The notes under the pieces: generated by a model | The model's input: the letters and a program-made list of their open reading frames with translations, nothing else | Database searches by the model: none | Told to the model about the DNA's origin: nothing | Shown here: positions 41,401 to 49,991 of the stretch, piece after piece | Position numbering within the stretch: the first letter of the stretch is position 1 | Layout: every line of letters begins with the position of its first letter | Translations under genes and position numbers: made by a program | NCBI GenBank assembly: GCA_964518425.1 | Contig: CAZFGG010000003.1 | Span: forward strand, 9,634 to 73,633 | Direction: 5' to 3' | Source of the DNA: an uncultured Gammaproteobacteria bacterium | GTDB taxonomy: Bacteria; Patescibacteriota; Patescibacteriia; SBBC01; CAIJZX01 | Length of the DNA stretch: 64,000 bases

Positions 41401-44152
41401 TCGTCGGTTTCAGGAGGAAGGACTTTGTTCCCTGCTGGGTGACTGTATATGCCACTGTACCAGCACAGGTCGTGGTGTTCGTACAAGAATTCAGGATGAT
41501 ATTCGTAGTGTTGATCGTCGAGGCATCCATGCCTAACGTAAAATCAGCGGAAATATCGGCCGTCAAACAGACATTATTGTCACCGTGATACGGATTCGGG
41601 CTAGGCGTAATTCCTGACTGAACGTTGCAGGCCGGATTATCAACGACCGTAGGCACTCCCGTGACCGGCGGTTGAACGTCGAAGATGACGGGATTACTCT
41701 TGATGACACCTTGCTCAACTCGGACAGTACTTTGGCCAATCGATGTCCCCACCGCAACGTTGACTTGGTCGATTTGGGTGTTATGCCAGTTCGTGGCCGG
41801 GTTGGTTATCGGCCAACCGGATACTGGCGGGTAACCACTCGCCGTGACCTTGCTTTGCCCAGCAGTGTAGGCTCCAAATCCATCGCCGGAGGCCGATAGG
41901 GTTGTACCAACCTGACCTTGATTGGGATTGAGCGAGTAGAGGCAGATACCATTACCGCCACTTCCAGCATCGAGTAGGAAATTCGAGGTAGGTGTGATGG
42001 CGCTCTTGAGAACACCGATTTGGCCACCATAATCAACGCTGACCTGGTAGGGATGTGGTCCCCCAGCCGGCAGCGACCCGGCCTGAACTTTAGAAACAAT
42101 GCTCTGCTGATTCCAAGCACCATTCGGAACCGTTTGGTTTACCCCGCCCAAGGTCAATGTATCATTGGCACCTGGCGTCAGAATGCCTGGTTTCAAGAAA
42201 TATGAACCGAGGACGGAAACGCAAGCCCCGTTCTGACCTTCGCCTGGTTGGACGCTGGTCACGACTGGCGGTTGGATGCACTTATCGGCGGCCGCAACGG
42301 TAAAGCTCCAGGGTCCTTGCGACGGAGCGTCAGCGAGTGGGTTTGCCTGCGTTCCGGTATCACCATAGTTGAGTGTGTCGCCGTTGACATTGATCGTCAA
42401 ATCAGAGTTAACGCCGACATGATAGGTCGTTCCGGGAGTCAGGTCGACGCTCTCCGGAGTAAAGGCATAGATCTTACAGGTGTTGAGTTGGTTGTTCGGA
42501 TCGAACTGGTCAACCACCGAGAAACTCCTGTTCATGTCCGGAAAGTTTCGGCCATTGCTCACATGTGATCCCGGCGTACCCGGATTACAGGCGAACACTC
42601 CACTCCCCACTTTCCACATCGAGGTGTTGTATTGAATAAACACTTTCGTTGAAGGGCAGGCGTTGGCAAAGCCATCGGTTGGATAGACTTGGGCCACGCC
42701 GGGCGTAACGTCATTGGTTTCAAACACCCAGCTATATGGCGCGGTCATGGCCGTACCGCACAGGTTCCGGAAATTCTCGACCACGACTTTGTACCAGGTA
42801 AAGCTGTCAAACAATGTGTCCTTCAGCTGCAGCCACGCACCCATCCCGTCTGGGCTGCGCCGAATATCAAACAGGGTCGGGTCTAAGGGCTTGGTCGCAT
42901 CATACGTCCCGCCGGTCCCATCATTCGGATCGGGCGGTGCCGTAAACTTGTAGACGCGGAAGTTTTGGGTCGTGATTGAGGCTTTATCAATAGCGTTATT
43001 GAATTGAATGTTCAGCGCCGCATTGCGTGGAATATTCCGGTCAGGATGGGCCGTGGAGTTAGCGGCCAAGTAGGCTGACGATGGTTGCGTACTTACTTCC
43101 TGCAAGGCCGGCCCATCCGTATCGCTCCCGGCTTTGAAGATCCATGTCAAGGTACCATCCGTACTTTCTTGGCAATGTTCACCGGGAAAACTATCGCCAA
43201 TAATCGGAATTCCCGGTTGCTGCTGACAATGGAGGAGAACGCGCTGAAGTGTATCGCTGAGCGCGGATTTAGCGGTATTCCGCGGAATGGTTAAGCGGTA
43301 GAACCGGCCCGCTTCAAAATATCGATTGTCTGGGCTGGCCGGGTCTGTTGAAAATGACAGGTGATAGAACGTAACGGTATTTTGATCAGCGAGCCATTCC
43401 GCCTTTGTGCTCCCCTTGGCGCCGGCCGGAGTAGTGCCGGCCGTGAAGACTTGGTTATCAACGGGTTTCGGTGTGCCAGGGTTATTACAATGAGACGCGT
43501 CGCTGGAAGCATCACACGCTTCGACGATCAACTTCGGATGGTCGACGTCACCGTTGGCTTCGACCGCGGCTTTGACCGAGGCGGCGGTCACATCCGTATT
43601 GAAGGTCAAGCTGATATTGCTCGATCGGGGGACATTCTGGCTGAAATCGGGGGCGGCCGCACAAGAGGTAATCGCCGTCAAATCGAACGTGCTCGTCGTT
43701 GAGCAGAGTGGGCAAGGCGGGTTGCAGTTTACAACGCAGGGGGGATTATTATTTCCGGTCACGTTCGTCGCCGTTTTAACGACGAACAAGACAATCGCCC
43801 AGGCCAGTAGAATAATGACCAGGCCAATAGCGGCCTGGAGAATAACTTGTTTGGCTTTCTCAACCCGCTGTTCATTCCCAGCCGCGGTCAACCACAAGTA
43901 GCCACCATAGATCATGTACGCCACGGCCACCAGTGTGACAAAACCTAAAGCCCAGCGGATGATATTGAGAACGGTTTTTTGTAGGTCCGCGTTGCCTAAA
44001 CCAACCTGGCTACCAACCGATTCAATACTAAACGTCGTCTGGGCGAAGAGATGATGCGGTCCAATCAGCAGCGTCACCAACGCCACCGCTACCCCGATGA
44101 AGAGGCCGACGGCGAAGGGATGGCGCGGTCTCAGCATGGAGAGACGTCGCAT
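38456..44152 (-). CDS. Giant pilin-like surface protein: VirB2/TrbC-like TM hairpin, Big_5 and IPT/TIG domains, C-terminal type IV pilin/T2SS-G-like domain
   Basis: IYGGYLWLTAAGNEQRVEKAK...AAIGL; repeated Y.W.F.T Ig-domain ends; DTKRGQDL..VK.AL..Y....GSYP. Confidence 0.75.
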   Translation of the reverse strand: MRRLSMLRPRHPFAVGLFIGVAVALVTLLIGPHHLFAQTTFSIESVGSQVGLGNADLQKTVLNIIRWALGFVTLVAVAYMIYGGYLWLTAAGNEQRVEKAKQVILQAAIGLVIILLAWAIVLFVVKTATNVTGNNNPPCVVNCNPPCPLCSTTSTFDLTAITSCAAAPDFSQNVPRSSNISLTFNTDVTAASVKAAVEANGDVDHPKLIVEACDASSDASHCNNPGTPKPVDNQVFTAGTTPAGAKGSTKAEWLADQNTVTFYHLSFSTDPASPDNRYFEAGRFYRLTIPRNTAKSALSDTLQRVLLHCQQQPGIPIIGDSFPGEHCQESTDGTLTWIFKAGSDTDGPALQEVSTQPSSAYLAANSTAHPDRNIPRNAALNIQFNNAIDKASITTQNFRVYKFTAPPDPNDGTGGTYDATKPLDPTLFDIRRSPDGMGAWLQLKDTLFDSFTWYKVVVENFRNLCGTAMTAPYSWVFETNDVTPGVAQVYPTDGFANACPSTKVFIQYNTSMWKVGSGVFACNPGTPGSHVSNGRNFPDMNRSFSVVDQFDPNNQLNTCKIYAFTPESVDLTPGTTYHVGVNSDLTINVNGDTLNYGDTGTQANPLADAPSQGPWSFTVAAADKCIQPPVVTSVQPGEGQNGACVSVLGSYFLKPGILTPGANDTLTLGGVNQTVPNGAWNQQSIVSKVQAGSLPAGGPHPYQVSVDYGGQIGVLKSAITPTSNFLLDAGSGGNGICLYSLNPNQGQVGTTLSASGDGFGAYTAGQSKVTASGYPPVSGWPITNPATNWHNTQIDQVNVAVGTSIGQSTVRVEQGVIKSNPVIFDVQPPVTGVPTVVDNPACNVQSGITPSPNPYHGDNNVCLTADISADFTLGMDASTINTTNIILNSCTNTTTCAGTVAYTVTQQGTKSFLLKPTNPLTANTLYQVTITTGVKADPSAGGKALSAPYTWQFTTSTQGCQISGVVIQQSDATFQQAPFSLALPANVVDAACHIVNQSETFDWTAPATSSEPHVFDLQSTSITGTSPVQNIAANPPTGPAVGQEGVFTKVLGKQSNTVKITYNPTSCTDDSQCKKNKYGESCSASTCVNNACTPVVNGFEPDNGSVGTWTTIKGCWFGGYDTAKSKVTFLGGAGAADDQDGLDPNTTICGSAAATWENERIVREVPKLDSPTNDPTNDAVTGPVQITRGDSKQATSPNDFTVNTKVYPGLCHLNPGNGLPNSSLTATGIRFGADEPAKRTAQDQVNVTKLISGATPVVMSTYNSWSDIGSKATIDTAVPALAGLGDSEVRVMNDGAESNPWPFFVNDPNGSGPGGCPLADQCASDAAVCSNDATNAPRGCALPAGASIGCCQLKPKIISFQPPQNSPNACRNTAAQVTFSTPLDGSTVTPSTVRYQDGATVVNGSIGLTTANNQSTITYSPGLLTAGAAQQFFLTTTAGQTSLRSDKGVLADVGGSPLKFTTGANICTLDHVGILENTYLLTAVNQTAAPTPVAKAYAANGEQLQNIDQVYSWDWSWLSGNDAVATAVMDPTTKNLLASTAVVTAKANGKTYAEAKAKVTFNSLNQNDKPERTGRTDINVDICDNPWDVPGQPANSGYTDSTWNFKLFYCRGQNNTQLLPNFSYPVIDASASQDPTRLKSFFFKESQASRDTIGILIFNNPQILSPYDWFIQRFPTQTGAATTSVSGYPAVRTGTTTYIGVTDVSTSGTPTGLMFVFDYNSNNASDATKQIYDQMTSQLMFNINQDSFTKQAILNDTKRGQDLASVKVALDNYKTLHGSYPTLQSGTYLPGFSTSSWPSWQATLGQTLNKSLSTDPANTFSPACPSGYDGSTCWNEPQHAFQCPSNSHVYLYHSDGSTYSLYGHMESTFFPSPQPPDNPCTSQAGSSCGCFNYKLTSS

Positions 44153-44173
44153 CGGTAATCGTTGTTTCGTTGG

Positions 44174-44614
44174 TTAGTGAAGTTTGGCTTTGACGGCGGC
44201 CGAGACGCGGCTACCGTCGGCTTGACCTTTGACTTTGGCCATGGCGGCGGACATAACTTTTCCGAAATCCTTTGGGGTTGGTTGAAGCTCGGCAATGACC
44301 GAGGACACAATCTGGTCTAATTCATGATCGCTGAGCTGCGTTGGCAAGTATTCCATCAATTCCTGCAATTCAGCATTTTCGTCGGCCACCTTGTCCGCCC
44401 GCCCAGCCTGTTGGTACATGGCGATGGCCTCGCGTCGTCGTTTCGCCTCGGTCGTCATGACCGCGATGATCTCCTGGTCGCTCAGTGGATGGTGAACCTC
44501 AATTTCAGCGTTTTTGATCGCCGCTTTGATCAAGCGCAAGAGATTGACCTTGACCTGATGGTGCCCCTTGAAGGCGACCTTGTAGTCTTCTTCGATCTGC
44601 TCGAGCAGGGCCAT
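44174..44614 (-). CDS. GatB/YqeY domain protein
   Basis: KRRREAI.MY..AGR, YLP.QL, GKVM, GQADG. Confidence 0.9.
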   Translation of the reverse strand: MALLEQIEEDYKVAFKGHHQVKVNLLRLIKAAIKNAEIEVHHPLSDQEIIAVMTTEAKRRREAIAMYQQAGRADKVADENAELQELMEYLPTQLSDHELDQIVSSVIAELQPTPKDFGKVMSAAMAKVKGQADGSRVSAAVKAKLH

Positions 44615-44615
44615 G

Positions 44616-44894
44616 CTAAATCGTTCGAGGAATGGGCGGCAGGCGCTTACGCGGCTTGCCTCGTTTCTTTAAATCAAACTCTTCAAGTTTTCCCATTTTG
44701 CGGAGTATTTCTCGCTGTTCGCGAATACCCTTGCGACGAAGCGCGTCGTCCCGCTGTTCGCGTTTATTCGGCGAGGGTTCGTAAAAACGGCGTTTCTTAG
44801 CTCGAATGAGCACGCCGGATTGCTGGACCCGCTTGGTAAAGCGTCGGACCAGGCTTTCGCTTGATTCGTTATCACGTTTTTTGACTTCAACCAT
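44616..44894 (-). CDS. rpsU: 30S ribosomal protein S21
   Basis: VEVKK..ES.ESL.RRF; SD AAGGAGGTG; upstream TTGACG-17 nt-TAGAGT. Confidence 0.85.
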   Translation of the reverse strand: MVEVKKRDNESSESLVRRFTKRVQQSGVLIRAKKRRFYEPSPNKREQRDDALRRKGIREQREILRKMGKLEEFDLKKRGKPRKRLPPIPRTI

Positions 44895-44991
44895 GCAGGC
44901 ACACCTCCTTTTCAGACTCGCCGCTTGAGCGGCGAACAACAAATAGTAGATGGCCAAACTCTACCATCTTTTTGTCACTTCGTCAAACGCT

Positions 44992-45342
44992 TCAAACCAT
45001 CCGTCCTAGCAGCTGACCACCCAAAAGATGGAGATGGACGTGGTCGACCTCCTGACCACCATGGCGACGGACGTTGAAGACAAGGCGGTAGCCATCGGTT
45101 TCAATCCCCTGCTCGGCCGCCAAGACCTTCGCTCGCCAGAGCATCCGACCGAGGATATCCTGTTGGCCTTGGGTCATGTCGGCCACTGAGGCCATGACAT
45201 GATCTTTCGGGATAATCAGCAGATGGACTGATGCTTTCGGATGAATGTCCTTGAAGGCCATCAGTTGATCGTCCTCGAACACCGTCGCACTCGGTATCTC
45301 ACCGGCCGCGATCCGGCAAAAGAGACACTCCGGATCACGCAT
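44992..45342 (-). CDS. HIT family nucleotide-binding protein (HinT-like)
   Basis: CLFCRIAAGEIP, GQEVDHVHLHLLGG. Confidence 0.92.
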   Translation of the reverse strand: MRDPECLFCRIAAGEIPSATVFEDDQLMAFKDIHPKASVHLLIIPKDHVMASVADMTQGQQDILGRMLWRAKVLAAEQGIETDGYRLVFNVRRHGGQEVDHVHLHLLGGQLLGRMV

Positions 45343-46741
45343 CGTCTGCTCCGTCATCAATCGGCGGCATCGGAGTTTCTTCGGGCTCATCATCCGGCTG
45401 CTGATACCGATCAAGGCGTTCAGGCGCGACTTGACCAATCACCGGGGCAACACCATTCGTCTTTGTCTTTTCGAGTCGTTTTTTAATCTCGCCAACCGCT
45501 TTCTTGAAATCCACAACTTCCTGGATTCCGTTCTCCATGTCGCGGATTAAAATCGTATCATCCATTAATTCTTTTTGACCGACAATCAGCGTGTACTGAG
45601 CGCCGAGTTTATTGGCCATTTCCAGTTGCTGTTTAAGTCCGTCCTTGATCAGGTTCTCCGATACCCGGATACCTTCAGATCGAAACTGCTCGAAGAGTTT
45701 CAACATTTTCTTCCGGGCCGGTTCTCCTAACTGAGCTAAGAAAATTTCCGGACGGGCAGGAGGCGGTGGATTAATTTGTCGTTCTTTGAGCTGAAGTAGC
45801 AGTCGTTCAACGCCGCCAGCAAAACCGGCAGCCGGGGTCGGACGGCCCCCGAGGTTTTCGACCAGCGTATCATAGCGCCCCCCGCCACCGAGGCTGCTTT
45901 GGCCGGAATCATCGCCGACCGGCCAGAACTCCCAGACTGTTCGGTTGTAGTAATCCAAGCCGCGGACAAGGCGCGGATTCAAGACGAAGGCGACCTCGAC
46001 TTCATCGAGATATCCAACGACTTCTTGAAAGTGCAGTTGGGAAGCTTCATCAAGATAATCAATGATCTGCGGCGCGTCGGTCAGGAGACCCTGAATGACT
46101 GGGTCTTTACTGTCGAGTAATCGCAACGGGTTCTTTTGTAGGAGTAGGCGGTGATCTTCGGTCAGCTCAGATTTTTTTGTTCGGAAAAACGCCTGGAGAG
46201 CTTTAATGTATTGTTGACGAGATGTTTTGTCGCCGAGGCTGTTGATTTGGATGGTCGTTTCAAGACCGAGCGTACTATAGATTGCTCGAGCCAACAGAAT
46301 GAGTTGGGCTTCAATGATTGGCTGGGGGGCGCCGAGAACCTCAAAACCAAATTGCCAGAACTGTCGATACCGTCCAGCCTGTGGCCGGTCATGGCGGAAA
46401 AACGGCCCGAAGTACCAGAGCTTGACCGGCTGAGGCAGGTTAAGCATGCCATGTTCGATGTAGCTGCGGACAACGCTGGCCGTTCCTTCAGGCCGCAGGC
46501 TCACGTTGTCACCGTTTTTATCGACAAAGGAATACATTTCCTTTTGGATATCTGATCCTTCCCCGACCGACCGGGTGAAGAGCGACGTGGCTTCGAGGAC
46601 CGGAGTTTCAATTCGTTCAAATCCGTACAAAGTTGCTAGAGAACGAACCGTATCAAAGAACCACCACCAGTACGGTTGGTCGGCTGGCAAGATGTCTTTC
46701 ATGCCGCGCAGCAGTTGCGGAGTAGGAGCCTCTTTAGCCAT
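45335..46741 (-). CDS. hisS: Histidyl-tRNA synthetase
   Basis: RGMKD, LRPEGTA, RPQAGRYRQF, LVRGLDYY, GGGRYD. Confidence 0.97.
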   Translation of the reverse strand: MAKEAPTPQLLRGMKDILPADQPYWWWFFDTVRSLATLYGFERIETPVLEATSLFTRSVGEGSDIQKEMYSFVDKNGDNVSLRPEGTASVVRSYIEHGMLNLPQPVKLWYFGPFFRHDRPQAGRYRQFWQFGFEVLGAPQPIIEAQLILLARAIYSTLGLETTIQINSLGDKTSRQQYIKALQAFFRTKKSELTEDHRLLLQKNPLRLLDSKDPVIQGLLTDAPQIIDYLDEASQLHFQEVVGYLDEVEVAFVLNPRLVRGLDYYNRTVWEFWPVGDDSGQSSLGGGGRYDTLVENLGGRPTPAAGFAGGVERLLLQLKERQINPPPPARPEIFLAQLGEPARKKMLKLFEQFRSEGIRVSENLIKDGLKQQLEMANKLGAQYTLIVGQKELMDDTILIRDMENGIQEVVDFKKAVGEIKKRLEKTKTNGVAPVIGQVAPERLDRYQQPDDEPEETPMPPIDDGADDA

Positions 46742-46743
46742 GG

Positions 46744-47451
46744 TTATTGGGATGGAACGACAGGCGCTTTGTACTCAATGACTGGGGTCTGGAACGTTCG
46801 GGCTCGATAGACTGGCCAGGCTCGAACGGCGGTCCGGCCGATAATTTGCGTACGCATAACCGGACCAAAGATCCGTGAATCAAGGCTGGCTGGTCGGTTA
46901 TCGCCTAAGACATAGAATTCGTTTTGACCGAGTGTCACGTCAAGGTGGCCAAAGGTTATCCGATCAGGCGGCAAATATTCTGATTCATTAAGGATGGCGC
47001 CGTCCGGATGAGCTGTATCAAAAACAGTTATTTCACCATCATTAATTGTTAAGCGGTCGCCGGGAAGGCCGATAACTCGTTTAATCAGAAATTCGCTGGG
47101 TTGGCTAGGATTTCGCAAAACAATGACGTCTCCGCGGGCCGGCTGGTGCAACCGGTAGGACAATTCATCAATGATGAGATATTCATTGTCATGAAAGTTC
47201 GGTTCCATCGACGCCCCCTTGACGTAGAACGGCTGGAGAATAAAGAACCTGATCGGAATAATGATCGCGAAGGCGATGACGATGATTTTGACAAGTTCCG
47301 CGGCAAAACTCCCAGCTGATCGATTGAAGCTCGGGAGAAAGTCTGATCGTTTTTCTGTAGCGGCCAATTTCCGTAAGTCAGTGCTCATACCACGAAAACG
47401 GCGTGGGTCACCAAGTGGGTTTTCCGGAGTAGACGTTGGAGAAGTAGGCAT
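46744..47451 (-). CDS. lepB: Signal peptidase I
   Basis: GASMEP, IKRVIGLPGD, GDNR..SLDSR. Confidence 0.94.
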   Translation of the reverse strand: MPTSPTSTPENPLGDPRRFRGMSTDLRKLAATEKRSDFLPSFNRSAGSFAAELVKIIVIAFAIIIPIRFFILQPFYVKGASMEPNFHDNEYLIIDELSYRLHQPARGDVIVLRNPSQPSEFLIKRVIGLPGDRLTINDGEITVFDTAHPDGAILNESEYLPPDRITFGHLDVTLGQNEFYVLGDNRPASLDSRIFGPVMRTQIIGRTAVRAWPVYRARTFQTPVIEYKAPVVPSQ

Positions 47452-47465
47452 GAAGAGAAAAATTG

Positions 47466-47542
47466 TGGTGGTCGCACCTGGACTCGAACCAGGGACCTTT
47501 CCGATGTGAACGGAACGCTCTAACCAACTGAGCTATGCGACC
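47466..47542 (-). tRNA. tRNA-Val(CAC)
   Basis: GGTCGCA/TGCGACC stem, anticodon arm TTCCG-TTCACAT-CGGAA, encoded CCA. Confidence 0.95.
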
Positions 47543-47625
47543 GAATCAACCGAGGAAGGCCCGTCACCGCTAAAATTGGCCAAGAATAGCCACAGGATAC
47601 CACGATTTTCTGACCATGGCAAGGG

Positions 47626-48315
47626 TTAACGTCGAGACAGGCGCCAGGCTAAGCGAAGGTCTTCAATAATGATGGACCAGGAGAATTTTGATTGGCCTGC
47701 CCGTCGATCGGTAAAGACCATCGGCACTTCGGCCACCCGGGCTCCCGCTCGCCGCGCCAGCCAGGTCATTTCCATCAACCACGCGTATCCGCGCCCCTCC
47801 ATTGTCTGTGCCAGGATCCGGTTCAAGATGTCAGCCCGCCAAGCTTTGTAGCCAGTACTCCAGTCGTGAATGTCCCATCCAAGCAGAAGCCGGATATAGA
47901 CATTCCCGAAAGTGCTGATCCAGCGTCGAAACCAAACAATATTGACCCGGCCACCAGGCACATAGCGCGAAGCAATAACCACATCATGGTTATCGAGTGC
48001 GGCCAAGAGCGCCGGAATGAGGCTGGGCGGATGTGATCGATCAGCGTCGAGTTGAATAATCGCCTGCGCGCCATGTTCCAGGGCATAACGAAAACCTGCT
48101 TGGTAGGCGGTGCCCAGCCCAGCTTTAGCTGGGCGATGGATGACATGAATCCGAGGATGCTGCTGATGGAGTTCATCCGCTAGCTGCCCCGTCCCATCGG
48201 GTGAATTGTCATCAACCACGACGACATCAACGTCTCCAATGCTGAAAATTTCGTCGATCAGCGGCTTGAGGTTGTCCCGCTCGTTGTAGGTCGGCGTAAC
48301 GATCCAGGTGGTCAT
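47626..48315 (-). CDS. Polyprenol monophosphomannose synthase-like GT2 (Dpm1 family)
   Basis: PTYNE, DDNSPDGT, GLGTAY, DADRSH, F.DRRAGQSK. Confidence 0.9.
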   Translation of the reverse strand: MTTWIVTPTYNERDNLKPLIDEIFSIGDVDVVVVDDNSPDGTGQLADELHQQHPRIHVIHRPAKAGLGTAYQAGFRYALEHGAQAIIQLDADRSHPPSLIPALLAALDNHDVVIASRYVPGGRVNIVWFRRWISTFGNVYIRLLLGWDIHDWSTGYKAWRADILNRILAQTMEGRGYAWLMEMTWLARRAGARVAEVPMVFTDRRAGQSKFSWSIIIEDLRLAWRLSRR

Positions 48316-49991
48316 GACGATCGACGGCGGCTCGGGCGCCGGGGTCGAGAGCGACGCGTCGGTCGTTCAAGATCGCGCTCGATATTTTCCAATGATTCTT
48401 CAACTTCAAGATCGGACAACTGCTTCCGACGAACCTGTCGGCGAAGTGTATCAATTTCTTCTTCCGCCCTGAGATCCCGTTGGTGCATCCGTTGGACAGC
48501 CACCAGGAGCCGGATCATGGTCCAGGTAATCAACCCTGCGAAAAAGATCAGAGCCAGCGTGGCGACCGGAAGAAATGCTACGGTGGCAATTGGCCGACCG
48601 CCCAGCAGAACGGAGTGCCCGCTCACAACGAGTGGGACTGGATCGCTCGCCACGCTCACTTGGCCGTCAGGGCCCATTGCAACAGCGGTGACGTTGTAAT
48701 GACCGGGACGAAAAACCTGATCGGTCGCGAGGGTCCACGGCGCTCGAACCGTTACCCCGCTCGCTAGCGCTGAAGGATCAACTTGTCCAGCGACCGATTG
48801 TCCAACCGCCTGACCATTAACATAGACCGTGACCGTATCTCCGGCGTTAGCGGTTCCCTTCACCTCCAGGCGGTCAAGGAGAAGCAGTGGACTGGTCAGA
48901 CTGGTGATCGTAGGAGCCTGGTAGCCTTCTTGTCCAACGGTCACTTCACTCGCGGTACTATTTCCAGCTTTATCAACCGCCGTGACCACGACCGTATGTT
49001 GCCCAGATTTCAGATCAGTCAGGGTAGCCGGACTAGAAACCGTCGTGGCCGGAACGCCGTCGAGGGATACTGTGTAGTGATCAACTCCGCTCGTGGCATC
49101 AGTCGTTTCGAACTGGACCTGGGGAGTCGGGTCTGATGGTCCCCGATCACGGATGACGGAGAGCGTGAAGTGGTCTGGTGCCGTATGGTCGTATTGCAGA
49201 CGGAATCGCTTCAGTCCGCCCCAGCCATCGCTGGTATGACTCTGGAGTACAAAATACCATACACCATCTGCGGGGAGAGAAACGCTGGCGGCAGTCAACG
49301 TTGTTTCGGTGAATTGATCGGGCGTAGCATTCGCGTCTTGGGTCAGAGCATATCGAAAACTCGTCACTCCGGATGGCTGTGACCACGTCATACTGGCTTG
49401 GCTCTGCTGGTACCAAGCATTTTCGCTTGGATGAGTAGTCGAGCTCACCGATGGCAGCGTCGGACTAGGGTTCGACGGAGCGGGTGTCGGAGTCGAGGCG
49501 GCCGTGACGGTGATTGAGGCTGTCCCGACACTCGTTAAAATATCAGTACCTTGCCCGTCATTCGCCAAGACCTTAGCTCCGCTGATTGAAAGATCCGCTT
49601 GGCCAACGGCGGTGGCTCGAAAAGTTGCGGAAATGATTTTCCCTCCGCTACCCGTATATCCTGGACTTGGTAAGCCGCCAGAAAGGGTAATACGTCCAGT
49701 GCTATTCGAACCGCTTGGCTGGACTGCCCAAAAGCTAAAAATTGATCCGCTCGTACTGAGGGAACTCAGTTGGAGGCGATTGGTTGAAAAAACAATGGTC
49801 GCTTCGGCAGCATTAATGGCTTGTCCGCCGGTGTTCACTTTTAAGGATAAGGTCACCGTCGAGCCAACTGCAAGAGATTTGCTGGCTGGGCTAAAATAGA
49901 GGCTCGCCCCAGCAGCCTTGGCGGGCTGCGCCCAAACGCTCACCAGTGTCCAGGCAAGCATGACCGTCAGTAAAGAAATTCGTCGGATCAT
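48312..49991 (-). CDS. Cohesin-like domain surface protein with Ig-like domains, C-terminal TM and coiled tail
   Basis: Signal peptide; SLYFSP...VNTGGQAINAAE...G.I...GG...TFRA...VLANDGQGT. Confidence 0.75.
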   Translation of the reverse strand: MIRRISLLTVMLAWTLVSVWAQPAKAAGASLYFSPASKSLAVGSTVTLSLKVNTGGQAINAAEATIVFSTNRLQLSSLSTSGSIFSFWAVQPSGSNSTGRITLSGGLPSPGYTGSGGKIISATFRATAVGQADLSISGAKVLANDGQGTDILTSVGTASITVTAASTPTPAPSNPSPTLPSVSSTTHPSENAWYQQSQASMTWSQPSGVTSFRYALTQDANATPDQFTETTLTAASVSLPADGVWYFVLQSHTSDGWGGLKRFRLQYDHTAPDHFTLSVIRDRGPSDPTPQVQFETTDATSGVDHYTVSLDGVPATTVSSPATLTDLKSGQHTVVVTAVDKAGNSTASEVTVGQEGYQAPTITSLTSPLLLLDRLEVKGTANAGDTVTVYVNGQAVGQSVAGQVDPSALASGVTVRAPWTLATDQVFRPGHYNVTAVAMGPDGQVSVASDPVPLVVSGHSVLLGGRPIATVAFLPVATLALIFFAGLITWTMIRLLVAVQRMHQRDLRAEEEIDTLRRQVRRKQLSDLEVEESLENIERDLERPTRRSRPRRPSRRRSS

